From a virus (taxonomy: Duplodnaviria > Caudoviricetes): a stretch of DNA of 64,000 nucleotides. Made by a program: the position numbers and the translations under genes. Below, piece after piece: positions 32,043 to 42,230 of this stretch (position 1 is its first letter; every line of letters starts with the position of its first letter). The stretch lies in IMG/VR virus record IMGVR_UViG_3300035703_002708; one strand, given 5' to 3'. The notes under the pieces are model-generated. The model worked only from the letters and a program-made list of their open reading frames with translations, had not been told where the DNA came from and did no database searches.

Positions 32043-33671
32043 ATGGAAATAGAGATAAATAGAAAATGTGACATGGTTGAACATTTTGGATTATCAACCG
32101 TTAACGGACTAAGTGCACAACAACACCACGACGCTTTTGGTGTATTTAGAGATTTTGTAAACGAAGTCAAACCGAAAAGAATATTAGAAATAGGAACAGC
32201 ATTAGGCGGTTTCATAGAATTTATACACAGATGTACTGTCGAATCGGATTTAGGTACTGAAATATGGAGTTATGACATCCATAATGTTAGTTGGTACAGT
32301 GAACTCAATCGAAAGGGAATTCGGGTTAGAGTTGAAGATATATTTTCTAATGATTACTCAGCAGTTAAACAGGAAGTAATAGATTTCATCAAATCTGAAG
32401 GTGTCACGATAATAATGTGTGATGGTGGAAACAAAAAAAAGGAATTCGCTATATTATCTAACTACTTAAAAGATGGTGATTTCATATTAGCCCATGATTA
32501 TTGCGAAAATTCTGAAATTTTTCAAGAAAAAATAAATGGAAAAATTTGGAATTGGTGTGAAATATCAAATGACGATATTATCGACTCATGTAAACAAAAT
32601 AATCTAAATTATTTTAAGAAAGAAATATTCGAATCGGTTGTATGGACATGCAGGGTAAAAGATAGGGCTAAACTAATATCCACAGTTAATACAACAAAGA
32701 ATTATATCAAACCTATAAAAAGAAAAAAATTAATCATCCATCAACCGACAAACTTTTACAGTAAAAAAATAAGATATCACAGTATTTTTTGGGATGATTT
32801 GATATCAGAACTATCAATAAGGCATGATGTCATAGTCGACAGATATCACAAGGATTGTCATAAAGGAATTGGTAATGTAAAGTTGGAGTTAGACGTAAAC
32901 GATTCACCGTCTACTTTGAATGTTTTGGAATGTGAAATGATAATTGAGGATTATGAGACAGGTGAAACTAAGATTTTAAGTTGTGCTGACGATTTAACTC
33001 AAGCGGTCCTCAACCTTAAAGAAAATGATAAGGTAACTGAAATTTTTTATTCGCAGTTTATTCCCCAAAAAATATCATCCCACGTTGGGGAACAATTCAT
33101 TGACAAATACAAACCTTGGATTTATTTCCCATTCAATAAATTCGACTTAGATTTTTTCTATCAAAAAAGAAAAAATTTTGGTAAAAACTTAGTTGATAAA
33201 ATGTTTTTCAGCGGCGATTTAGGTTCTAGACCTTTTGTTAAAAATTTCGAAAAAAAATATTTAGACCATTATGGGTATTTAGGTCAATTTGAAACCTATG
33301 CAAACAGTTTGATAACCTATAAGGTCGCACTTTCTGTTGCGGGTAGAGGGGAGTTATGTTATAGAGATGTTGAGTGTATGGCAATGGGAGTTCCATTTAT
33401 AAGATTCGAATACTTCTCAAAATTGAATCCTAACCTAATTCCGAATTACCATTATATATCGGTTGATAGACCTGATAATTTTGACTCTTGGACCAAACTT
33501 GATAGGTTGGGCGAAAAAGAACAGGCGGACTTATTGATAAAAAGATTCTTGGAGGTTAAAGATGACCACGAATTTTTGAAATATATAAGTGACAATGCAA
33601 AAAAATATTACGAAGATTATTTGAGTCCCGAAAACTCAGTAAAACACACAATAAATTTATTAGGTCTTTAA
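32043..33671 (+). CDS. SAM-dependent methyltransferase (Methyltransf_24/CmcI-like) fused to a GT-B-like glycosyltransferase domain
   Basis: RILEIGTALGG and IMCDGG...LKDGDFILAHDY. C-terminal YKVALSVAGRGELCYRDVECMAMGVPFI resembles CgeB/exostosin-like C-domains. ATG is one codon after the track's TTG. Confidence 0.6.
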   Translation: MEIEINRKCDMVEHFGLSTVNGLSAQQHHDAFGVFRDFVNEVKPKRILEIGTALGGFIEFIHRCTVESDLGTEIWSYDIHNVSWYSELNRKGIRVRVEDIFSNDYSAVKQEVIDFIKSEGVTIIMCDGGNKKKEFAILSNYLKDGDFILAHDYCENSEIFQEKINGKIWNWCEISNDDIIDSCKQNNLNYFKKEIFESVVWTCRVKDRAKLISTVNTTKNYIKPIKRKKLIIHQPTNFYSKKIRYHSIFWDDLISELSIRHDVIVDRYHKDCHKGIGNVKLELDVNDSPSTLNVLECEMIIEDYETGETKILSCADDLTQAVLNLKENDKVTEIFYSQFIPQKISSHVGEQFIDKYKPWIYFPFNKFDLDFFYQKRKNFGKNLVDKMFFSGDLGSRPFVKNFEKKYLDHYGYLGQFETYANSLITYKVALSVAGRGELCYRDVECMAMGVPFIRFEYFSKLNPNLIPNYHYISVDRPDNFDSWTKLDRLGEKEQADLLIKRFLEVKDDHEFLKYISDNAKKYYEDYLSPENSVKHTINLLGL

Positions 33672-33674
33672 AAA

Positions 33675-36044
33675 ATGCCATTCAGTACAAACTACTTCAA
33701 AGAACAAACAAAACTTTACATTAACGAAAACTTCCCGAAAGAATCCAAAATTTTGGATGTAGGGGCGGGTTCAGCGACCTATTACAACATGCTGTCACCT
33801 TTAGGATATACCAATATAGATTGTGTAGAAATTTTTGAAAAGTACATAAAGGATTATGAACTTGAAAAAAAATATAACCAAGTATTTAACGGCAACATTT
33901 GTGAATTGGATATAGATTTCACAAAATATGACCTAATAATATTAGGTGACGTATTGGAACACATAGACAAAAAAAGTGCAAAAAAACTAATCCAAAAAAT
34001 CGGTGATGTGGCAACTATAATTGGTGTACCATTCGAATCTGAGCAAGGAGAGCATTATGGTAATATTTATGAAACACACTTACAGGCTGATTTGACATTG
34101 GATATTTTCTTAGAAAGATACGACGAATATCAACCACTTTGTTTGAGATTCGATTATGGTATTTTTGTAAATAAAAAAGTCGATATAATTTTTATTGAGA
34201 CCGGTGAAAAAGAACTACCTGAAAAATTTCAGAAAAAAGTAAAATCAGAATTTTCAGAAAAAAAAGTAGTAAATGTTGCAGAAATAACTGTCGAACAACC
34301 AGTAACAGAAAAAAAAAGTAGTGACACAACAATTGTAACAGGTTTGTGGAATTTAGGAAGGGACAAAATATCACAGTCATTTAACAGAAGATATGATGAA
34401 TATCTAACTAGTTTTTCTAAACTTTTGGAATCTGATGCTAACATGTATATATTTTGTGACCCATCCGACGAAGAATTCATTTGGAAACATAGGAAGAAAG
34501 AAAATACTGTTATTAATAAAATGACTCTTGATGAGTTACTGAAATGGTTCGAATTTACAAACATAACAAACGAAATAAGAACTAAAGAAAGTTGGTTATC
34601 CCAAGCTGGATGGTTAAGAGATTCACCTCAAGCTACTTTGGAGGGATATAACCCCTTAGTAATGAGTAAAATGTTTATGTTGAACAACGTAACAATATGG
34701 AACCCATTCAAGTCGGAATACTTTTTTTGGATTGACGCTGGGATAACAAATACTGTTAATTACGGGTATTTCACTCATGATAAAGTTTTTGATAATTTAC
34801 CCAATTTCATAAACTCCAATGGAGAATTCATGTTTATTTCTTATCCATATATAGGTGGTGGTGAGATTCATGGATTTGAGAGAGAGGCAATTGCTAAATA
34901 CTCAAACACTGACTATGTCGATTATGTGTGTAGAGGAGGATTTTTTGGTGGAATCAAAGAAAAAGTGAACGAAATTAATGGAAAATATTATTACTACCTG
35001 TCTAAAACCTTGAATGATGGATTCATGGGTACAGAGGAAAGTGTGTTTACCATAATTTCGAACTTGGAAAAAGATATTTACAGATTTGTAATTGAGGATA
35101 ACGGACTTATTTGGCCTTTTTTCGAAGAATTGAAAAATTATAAAAACCTGAAACCAAAACCAATAAAGGAATTTAATCCGAATTCGTTAATTGATAAAAT
35201 AAGTGAAAATACAAAACAAGAAAAAAATAAAAATCCTGAAGAAATTGCTTTATATGTAATTGGGTTCAATTCCCCAAATCAGTTCAAAACCTTGATTCAT
35301 TCTATGGTTTTTTATGACAAAGATTTTTTAGAAAAACCAAAGAAATATTTATTGGATAACTCAACAGACCTTTCTACAACAGAAGAGTACCAACATCTTT
35401 GTAGTGTTTATGGTTTCGAGCACATTAAAAAAGATAATATTGGTATAACCGGCGGAAGACAATGGATTGCGGAACATTTCGAGGCAAGCGGACACAAGTA
35501 TTATATGTTTTTTGAAGACGATATGTTTTTTTCTTCAGATAGGATTGGAGTGTGTAGAAACGGTTTCAACAGATATGTTCCAAATTTACTCTCAAAACTT
35601 TTAAAAATAATGAAATCCGAAAGATTCCATTATCTAAAATTCAACTTTTCTGAATTTTTTGGTGACAACGGTACTCAGTGGTCTTGGTATAACGTACCTC
35701 AAGTTGTCAGAGAAAAAGAATTTCCTGAAAAAACAAAATTACCTCAACAAGGATTAGACCCCGAGGCGCCAAGGACTATATTTAAGAATATAAAAAGTGT
35801 TGAAGGATTGTCTTATATTACAGGTGATGTGTACTATTCTAATTGGCCTCAGATTATGTCAAAAGAAGGAAATAGAAAATGTTTCATTGATACAAAGTTT
35901 CAGTTTCCTTACGAACAAACAATAATGTCATTTATTTTTCAAGAAACTAGAAAAGGAAATATCAAACCCGCACTATTGTTACTGACACCAACTGAACATA
36001 ATAGGTTTGACCACTATGACGCATCTTTGAGAAAAGAGTGTTAA
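33675..36044 (+). CDS. Three-domain protein: class I methyltransferase + HtrL/YibB(WlaTC)-like domain + GT2-like domain
   Basis: KILDVGAGS...DLIILGDVLEH; TTIVTGLWNLGR...SKMFML...NPFKSEYFFWIDAG...GGFFGG...GTEE; YYMFFEDDMF. Confidence 0.65.
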   Translation: MPFSTNYFKEQTKLYINENFPKESKILDVGAGSATYYNMLSPLGYTNIDCVEIFEKYIKDYELEKKYNQVFNGNICELDIDFTKYDLIILGDVLEHIDKKSAKKLIQKIGDVATIIGVPFESEQGEHYGNIYETHLQADLTLDIFLERYDEYQPLCLRFDYGIFVNKKVDIIFIETGEKELPEKFQKKVKSEFSEKKVVNVAEITVEQPVTEKKSSDTTIVTGLWNLGRDKISQSFNRRYDEYLTSFSKLLESDANMYIFCDPSDEEFIWKHRKKENTVINKMTLDELLKWFEFTNITNEIRTKESWLSQAGWLRDSPQATLEGYNPLVMSKMFMLNNVTIWNPFKSEYFFWIDAGITNTVNYGYFTHDKVFDNLPNFINSNGEFMFISYPYIGGGEIHGFEREAIAKYSNTDYVDYVCRGGFFGGIKEKVNEINGKYYYYLSKTLNDGFMGTEESVFTIISNLEKDIYRFVIEDNGLIWPFFEELKNYKNLKPKPIKEFNPNSLIDKISENTKQEKNKNPEEIALYVIGFNSPNQFKTLIHSMVFYDKDFLEKPKKYLLDNSTDLSTTEEYQHLCSVYGFEHIKKDNIGITGGRQWIAEHFEASGHKYYMFFEDDMFFSSDRIGVCRNGFNRYVPNLLSKLLKIMKSERFHYLKFNFSEFFGDNGTQWSWYNVPQVVREKEFPEKTKLPQQGLDPEAPRTIFKNIKSVEGLSYITGDVYYSNWPQIMSKEGNRKCFIDTKFQFPYEQTIMSFIFQETRKGNIKPALLLLTPTEHNRFDHYDASLRKEC

Positions 36045-36052
36045 TATGATTT

Positions 36053-36077
36053 AATGGGGGAATTTTCCCCCATTTTT
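36053..36077 (+). terminator. Rho-independent terminator after the glycosyltransferase cluster
   Basis: AATGGGGGAA-TT-TTCCCCCATT inverted repeat followed by TTT, 8 nt after the stop. Confidence 0.7.
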
Positions 36078-36100
36078 ACTATCTCATATATTTATTATGT

Positions 36101-39100
36101 ATGGAATTTAATATAAAGAAAAATGGAACATTACCACTACTAAAAATGCAAGTGGTAGATGACGGAAGAGGTGAATTTGATTCATTTATGAGTTTTATTG
36201 AAACCTCATCTTTATATTTTTCCATGATGGATGTTGAAACGGGTTCATATAAAATACATTTGGACCCTGCAGGATTTGTAGAAAAAACTCAAATCGACCC
36301 AAATGCCAAAACAGAATACTACATATATTATAAGTTTCCAAAAAAGTACACCAACAAAGTTGGAAGATATGAGGGTGAGTTCGTTCTAAAAAACACAGAT
36401 GGGACACTTGTATTACCAATAAGAGAAAAACTTTACATTAATATTCAAGAAAGTTATGGTATTGAAGATGCTGACGAATTAATCAACTTAAGTTTAAGTT
36501 CGGTAATCACTTCTGGGTCAACAATACTTAATTATGTATTAACATCTGATAAGCCTGTCAAGTATGTCACCACAGTAAACTTTACACATACCTTACAAAC
36601 ATTTACAGGTGACAGTATCGTTATAACAACAGGAGTAACAATCAATCGTGGTGAAAAAGCAGGTGCGGTAACAATCACACTTCCTGACGTTGATTACTTT
36701 AATCTAACTCAAGAAACTAGTTTCTCAAATATAAAAGTATTCCCAATAGGTTTGAGGTCTTACACAAACATCACAGAAAAAGTTGTGTTTGTTTTACCAC
36801 CTTCTCAAAATATAACGGATGCGATTTTAACAGGGGTTCAAGACGAATACATTTCAGTTGGTAACAATTTCTACTTACAATTTATTGACCCAATTATTAT
36901 TGAAGACGCAATCCTTGCCGACCCTGAAAACTATATTAAAGTTGGTGAGGGTGTTTATTTAAGATTTATTGATACACCATCAGTTACCCTGACACCAACA
37001 CAAACTCCTACTCAAACACCAACACTTACTCCAACACCGACAGAAACAACCACACCAACTCCGACTGTTACACCAAGTGAAACACCGGTACCATTAGTTC
37101 CTCTCACACTTTATATTCAACCATTAAGTGGAGGTCAAGCAATTATTTTTGATGGTGTTACTTATACTTCAGAAACAACTGTAAATATTGTTAAAAGCAC
37201 ACCTTATAATATTGAAGCAGTTCCTACACCTGGTTTTGAGTTTGTTGGTTGGAATATATTCGGTGGTTCATTTTCATCTACAGGTCAATCAACGACAGTT
37301 TCGGTATCATTAGATTCGGGGGCTAATCTTGCACCATCATACGCAGTTGACCCCAATTTTGACGCTTTAGAGTACCAGTTGACAACAAGTTTATCAAGTT
37401 ACCAAAATGCAACAGACAACGATTGGGTTATAATTACTCAAGAAGAATATAATAATATATTCGGTAATGTTGACGGTGTTGTCAAAATTGGTAACAGTGA
37501 TGAACAAGTTAATACAAGGGATGTTGCAACAGGATATGATACAACAACTTTTGGTACAATAGATGCTAATACACCTCTTACAATCCCATCAGGATATTAT
37601 GTTGTAGGTTTTGTTGCCGAGTCTTGGAACCAAAACGGACAAGTCCAATTAGGATATACAACCACGTTCCATGAGGGGACTCCAACCTATATGGGTAATA
37701 GTCCGAATGTAATTGGTGGTATGACAATGTTTTACGTAAGGAAAAGACCATCAAATGTTGAAGGAGCGCCAGCATCTACCAATTTGTATCCTGTATTGAA
37801 TTTCTTACCGCCAGCATATCCAAACGCAGTTTTTAACACTTTCGGATGGTACACACTTGATAATGGTGCAAATTGGGCAGAAACGGTTTCGGCATTCCAA
37901 ACCGCTAAAATACAAATATTACTAACTAATATTAAGTCATGGCCATCGGCACCTCTACCAAGTCAAACGCCAACAATAACACCTACACAAACGCCGACTA
38001 AGACATTAACGCCAACAAATACTCAGACACCAACAATAACGCCAACAATAACCCCGACACCTAATTATATTCCATTTATATCTAAGTGGAATGTAAGTTC
38101 TTCTTTGGAGTTACCATATAGTCCCACAGGATTTTATAACGGTACGATAGATTGGGGTGACGGTAATATTTCTGCCAACACCTATGAAAATAGAACACAC
38201 ACATATGACTCACCTGGCGAATATACAGTTACAATTACAGGTAGAATAGAAGGTTGGGATTTTAGATATTTTGGAATAAGTAGTTCTTTGTTATTGACCG
38301 AAGTTATACAGTTCGGTACGATAAGAGGTGAAAATAACACATTTGATGGGATGTTCTATAACTGTTATTCACTTAATATGAACAACTGTGTTGATACACC
38401 TGACTTAGGAGGTATAACATCAACAACATATATGTTTTACTTCTGTCTTGCGATGGATAATATCTCAAATATTAATTCTTGGAATGTCTCGAGTGTAAAA
38501 GATATGTCATTTATGTTTAGAGATTGTCAAACTTTTAACTCAAACATATCAAACTGGAACGTTTCTAATTTACTAAACGCTACAGCAATGTTCCAATATT
38601 GTTGGGCGTTCAATCAAAACATATCAACATGGAATGTGTCTAAAATTACTAGAGTCAATATGGTACAAATGCTCCAAGGTGCTACGTCCTTCAATCAAGA
38701 TTTAAGTTCTTGGTGTGTTCCTTTAATTTCATCAAAACCGCCGCTATTTGATTCAAATACACCGCAATGGGTGTTACCTAAACCAATATGGGGCACATGT
38801 CCAGCACCAACACCCACACCAACACCAACACAAACGGTTACCCCATCCCAAACTCCAATTGTTGGTCCTTTACCTTTTGTTAGTAGATGGACTGCTAATC
38901 CAACTATTGAACTTCCTTTATCACCCACAGGGATTTACTCAGGAACAATAGATTGGGGTGACGGAAATATATCAGATTTAATCTATGACAATAGAGAACA
39001 CACGTATGCCTTCTCAGGTGATTATACCGTAACAATCACAGGACAAATCGAAGGGTGGGACTTTTTAAATTACGCTTACACATACAGACCAAACATTAAG

Positions 39101-39913
39101 GAAATTATGCAGTGGGGAACCTTAAGAGGTGAAGGTAATTCTAATGCTAATTTATTAACAGGTTGTAACAATTTAATTCTTACAGGAGTTACCGATACCC
39201 CAAATTTATCAGGTATAACGTCACTTAATAATATGTTTTCTTTTTGTTCATCTATTTCAACTATATCAAACATGAATAGTTGGGATGTTTCTTGGGTTGA
39301 TGACATGTCAGAAATGTTCTCATATGCAACACTATTCAATCAAAATATAGGAAGTTGGGATGTTTCTAATGTAACTAATATGTCGGGTATGTTTGGTAAC
39401 ACAACTCAATTTAATCAAAACATTGGAAATTGGGATGTCTCAAGTGTTACAAATATGTCTAATATGTTCAATAGTACAAATGTATTTGACCAAAATATCA
39501 GTAATTGGAATGTATCGGGTGCTACAAATATGGACAATATGTTCTTTGGTGCTTTTGTATTCAATCAGGATTTGAGTACTTGGTGCTTACCTCTGATACC
39601 ATCAGAACCAACAGGATTTTCCACAGGTGCAAGTTCGTGGTCGTTACCACAACCATTATGGGGTGGTAGAACAATCTATGTCAATTCATTATGGAATGGT
39701 GCTACCACAATAAATTCAAATTTTTTACAACTTACGCAAACACCTGACACTTTACTCATTAGAGTTAACGACACAATTACTGATGATTTGGATGCAACAT
39801 CAGTTGTTGGTCTTGTAACTTCGGATGGAACTTACACCTACGTAGGCACAGGACCTGGTGGAACTATCGCATTTGATTGTCAATTCCCACTTACATTTAC
39901 GGGACCTTGTTAA
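36101..39913 (+). CDS. Tail fibre/adhesin-type protein: BppU-like N-terminus, InlB-B-repeat-like domain, PT linkers, two PKD-like + DUF285/BspA-type repeat modules
   Basis: MEFNIKKNGTLP N-terminal domain; EAVPTPGFEFVGW; GTIDWGDG...HTY...G.YTVTITG twice; W(N/D)VS.V..MS.MF repeats; LS(S/T)WC ends each module. Confidence 0.75.
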   Translation: MEFNIKKNGTLPLLKMQVVDDGRGEFDSFMSFIETSSLYFSMMDVETGSYKIHLDPAGFVEKTQIDPNAKTEYYIYYKFPKKYTNKVGRYEGEFVLKNTDGTLVLPIREKLYINIQESYGIEDADELINLSLSSVITSGSTILNYVLTSDKPVKYVTTVNFTHTLQTFTGDSIVITTGVTINRGEKAGAVTITLPDVDYFNLTQETSFSNIKVFPIGLRSYTNITEKVVFVLPPSQNITDAILTGVQDEYISVGNNFYLQFIDPIIIEDAILADPENYIKVGEGVYLRFIDTPSVTLTPTQTPTQTPTLTPTPTETTTPTPTVTPSETPVPLVPLTLYIQPLSGGQAIIFDGVTYTSETTVNIVKSTPYNIEAVPTPGFEFVGWNIFGGSFSSTGQSTTVSVSLDSGANLAPSYAVDPNFDALEYQLTTSLSSYQNATDNDWVIITQEEYNNIFGNVDGVVKIGNSDEQVNTRDVATGYDTTTFGTIDANTPLTIPSGYYVVGFVAESWNQNGQVQLGYTTTFHEGTPTYMGNSPNVIGGMTMFYVRKRPSNVEGAPASTNLYPVLNFLPPAYPNAVFNTFGWYTLDNGANWAETVSAFQTAKIQILLTNIKSWPSAPLPSQTPTITPTQTPTKTLTPTNTQTPTITPTITPTPNYIPFISKWNVSSSLELPYSPTGFYNGTIDWGDGNISANTYENRTHTYDSPGEYTVTITGRIEGWDFRYFGISSSLLLTEVIQFGTIRGENNTFDGMFYNCYSLNMNNCVDTPDLGGITSTTYMFYFCLAMDNISNINSWNVSSVKDMSFMFRDCQTFNSNISNWNVSNLLNATAMFQYCWAFNQNISTWNVSKITRVNMVQMLQGATSFNQDLSSWCVPLISSKPPLFDSNTPQWVLPKPIWGTCPAPTPTPTPTQTVTPSQTPIVGPLPFVSRWTANPTIELPLSPTGIYSGTIDWGDGNISDLIYDNREHTYAFSGDYTVTITGQIEGWDFLNYAYTYRPNIKEIMQWGTLRGEGNSNANLLTGCNNLILTGVTDTPNLSGITSLNNMFSFCSSISTISNMNSWDVSWVDDMSEMFSYATLFNQNIGSWDVSNVTNMSGMFGNTTQFNQNIGNWDVSSVTNMSNMFNSTNVFDQNISNWNVSGATNMDNMFFGAFVFNQDLSTWCLPLIPSEPTGFSTGASSWSLPQPLWGGRTIYVNSLWNGATTINSNFLQLTQTPDTLLIRVNDTITDDLDATSVVGLVTSDGTYTYVGTGPGGTIAFDCQFPLTFTGPC

Positions 39914-39982
39914 TTTCTATATAATTTGATTTTCTAAATCAAAATAGAAAATTAAAAGTATTTATATAGAAAATTAAAAACG

Positions 39983-42220
39983 ATGCTAACAGGAAAAACC
40001 ATTGGTCAACTAACATTTTTAGAAACACCGACATCAGATACTTTGATACCCGTAGAATTAAACGGAGAAACTTACCACATGGCATATTCTGCCATTACCA
40101 CAAATGAAGTCGATGTATTTGTTACAGGGGGAACATTTAATAATAACACATTAACTTTCACAAATAATACCGGCGGAACATTCACAGTTACCGGTCTTAC
40201 CTCAGGTGGCGCTGGCGGCGGAATTGTTGAAACTACATACTCAGAACTTGTTAATTCTATAACAGGAGAAACATTATCAGCAGGGACTTATTACCTTATA
40301 AGTGATTTCAAAACCTGTTATGACCAACCTGACTTTGATTATAATGGTAGTGAAATCACATCAGGTAATTATAAAGACGATACGGAAGTTCAACCAATTA
40401 TTGTATTGGCGATAAGTTCAAACACAATTAGTGATAATGCTTTCCAACCGGCATACCCAAACGATAAAATCAAATATGATTGGACATTTAATCAAACAGA
40501 AGTGACAAATGGTCCCGCTTTCGGTAGGATTACCGAAAGAATTGACGAGTTTAATAACAGAACGGATTATGACCATAGGCAAATAAAGTTCAAAAGATAT
40601 AGATATTGGGAAATAGAATTTAGTAATCCTTATAATGGAACGGTTCAAGTTAATACCACATCTCAAACTGAAATGACAGTCTTAGGTACAAATACGAATT
40701 TTTTAAGTTTGGGAGTTGGTACCAAGGTAGGCTTCGATAACACTAATTATAAAGTATTTGAAATAACAAATATAGTTGACGACTTTGAAATGACAGTTAC
40801 AGGATTGACCTCTCAAGGGGCTGGTCCTAACATAAGAATGTATAGTGCAAATTGGAGTGAATATAGTAGTTATCGTCAAAACAACATAGAAACCACAGAG
40901 TTTTCAGAATACTATACATTCGATTTGGGAAATAATCCTAATTTTAATAATTACATAGGAAATTTCTCTAACTTAAAAAATTCTGACAATAATCCATTCC
41001 TATTGGCAAATAATGTTTTCAGATTCGCATTTGTTAACAACAAATTTGGTGATGCTTGTTACAACAACTCCTTTTTTGATGATTGTGAAAATAATAATAT
41101 AGGAAACTATTTTTATAGTAATATAACTGATGATGATTTTGACGGCAATCTTATCGGAAATTATTTTAATAACAATAGAATAACTTCAAATTTCCAACGA
41201 AATAGAATAGGTGAATCTTTTGAGGATAATTATTTAGTTCAAAATGATTTTTATAGAAACAACATTATGAATGATTTCAGAAACAACCAAATCAGTAACG
41301 GTGATTTTCAAAATAACGAAATTGGAAGTCAATTTGCAAATAATAAAATATTTGCACAATTCTATAAAAATGATATAGGTAACGGTTATAATAATAACGA
41401 GCACTACTCAGATGTTTATGGTAATTTAGTTGGTAATGGATTTAATAATAACAATATTTATTGTCAATTTTATGAAAATAAAATTGGTGATATTTTCGAA
41501 GGTAATGATTTAGGTAATGAGAACAACTTTGGTTCATATAGTTTTTATAAAAACGATATTGGTTCTGATTTTAATAACAATGATTGTTTAGGTACCTTTG
41601 CATACAACAGAATCGGTTCACAATTCTATAATAACATTTTAGGGGATGGATTTGGATATGGAGTTAACGCAAGTCAAGGTAATACTATCGGAAATTATTT
41701 TTATGATAATACCATTGGTGAATATTTTTACAACAATACGATTGCCGACGGATTTTTCAATAACAATACATTCGACTTTTTTCAAAACAACAACGTTAAA
41801 ATTCCTTTTCTTAATGGTATTGATTTTACTTTTTATTATGGAAATATTTCAGCATTCACTTATGTTGCAAATGGAAATAGTGCAACAGAAGGTTTATACA
41901 CAAATCTAACAGGTACAACAAATGGGCAGGGTATAACTGCCGCCTTTGATGTTGAGGTTTCAGGTAGTACTGTTATTTCGGTAAATGGGGCTTCTGTCGG
42001 GAAATATTATTCAGTGAACGATACAATAACAATACTCGGTAGTCAAATCGGAGGGGTAAATGGGGTCGATGACGTTGTTATAACAATCACAGGGGTTAGT
42101 TCAACACCAACGGTTTATGAAAGTTATAATTGTGAATTATTCATAAATTCAAATAACACAAATAGACTTTCTTATTATGATGGTTCCGACACATTGATAA
42201 TTAAAAATATTAATGAATAA
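39983..42220 (+). CDS. Tail fibre-like protein with Asn-rich beta-solenoid (N.IG..F..N repeats)
   Basis: About 12 copies of the NxIGxxFxxN pattern in the C-terminal half; N-terminus MLTGKTIGQL..L.TP..DT.IPVE is typical of fibre attachment segments. Confidence 0.65.
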   Translation: MLTGKTIGQLTFLETPTSDTLIPVELNGETYHMAYSAITTNEVDVFVTGGTFNNNTLTFTNNTGGTFTVTGLTSGGAGGGIVETTYSELVNSITGETLSAGTYYLISDFKTCYDQPDFDYNGSEITSGNYKDDTEVQPIIVLAISSNTISDNAFQPAYPNDKIKYDWTFNQTEVTNGPAFGRITERIDEFNNRTDYDHRQIKFKRYRYWEIEFSNPYNGTVQVNTTSQTEMTVLGTNTNFLSLGVGTKVGFDNTNYKVFEITNIVDDFEMTVTGLTSQGAGPNIRMYSANWSEYSSYRQNNIETTEFSEYYTFDLGNNPNFNNYIGNFSNLKNSDNNPFLLANNVFRFAFVNNKFGDACYNNSFFDDCENNNIGNYFYSNITDDDFDGNLIGNYFNNNRITSNFQRNRIGESFEDNYLVQNDFYRNNIMNDFRNNQISNGDFQNNEIGSQFANNKIFAQFYKNDIGNGYNNNEHYSDVYGNLVGNGFNNNNIYCQFYENKIGDIFEGNDLGNENNFGSYSFYKNDIGSDFNNNDCLGTFAYNRIGSQFYNNILGDGFGYGVNASQGNTIGNYFYDNTIGEYFYNNTIADGFFNNNTFDFFQNNNVKIPFLNGIDFTFYYGNISAFTYVANGNSATEGLYTNLTGTTNGQGITAAFDVEVSGSTVISVNGASVGKYYSVNDTITILGSQIGGVNGVDDVVITITGVSSTPTVYESYNCELFINSNNTNRLSYYDGSDTLIIKNINE

Positions 42221-42230
42221 AAAATAAAAT

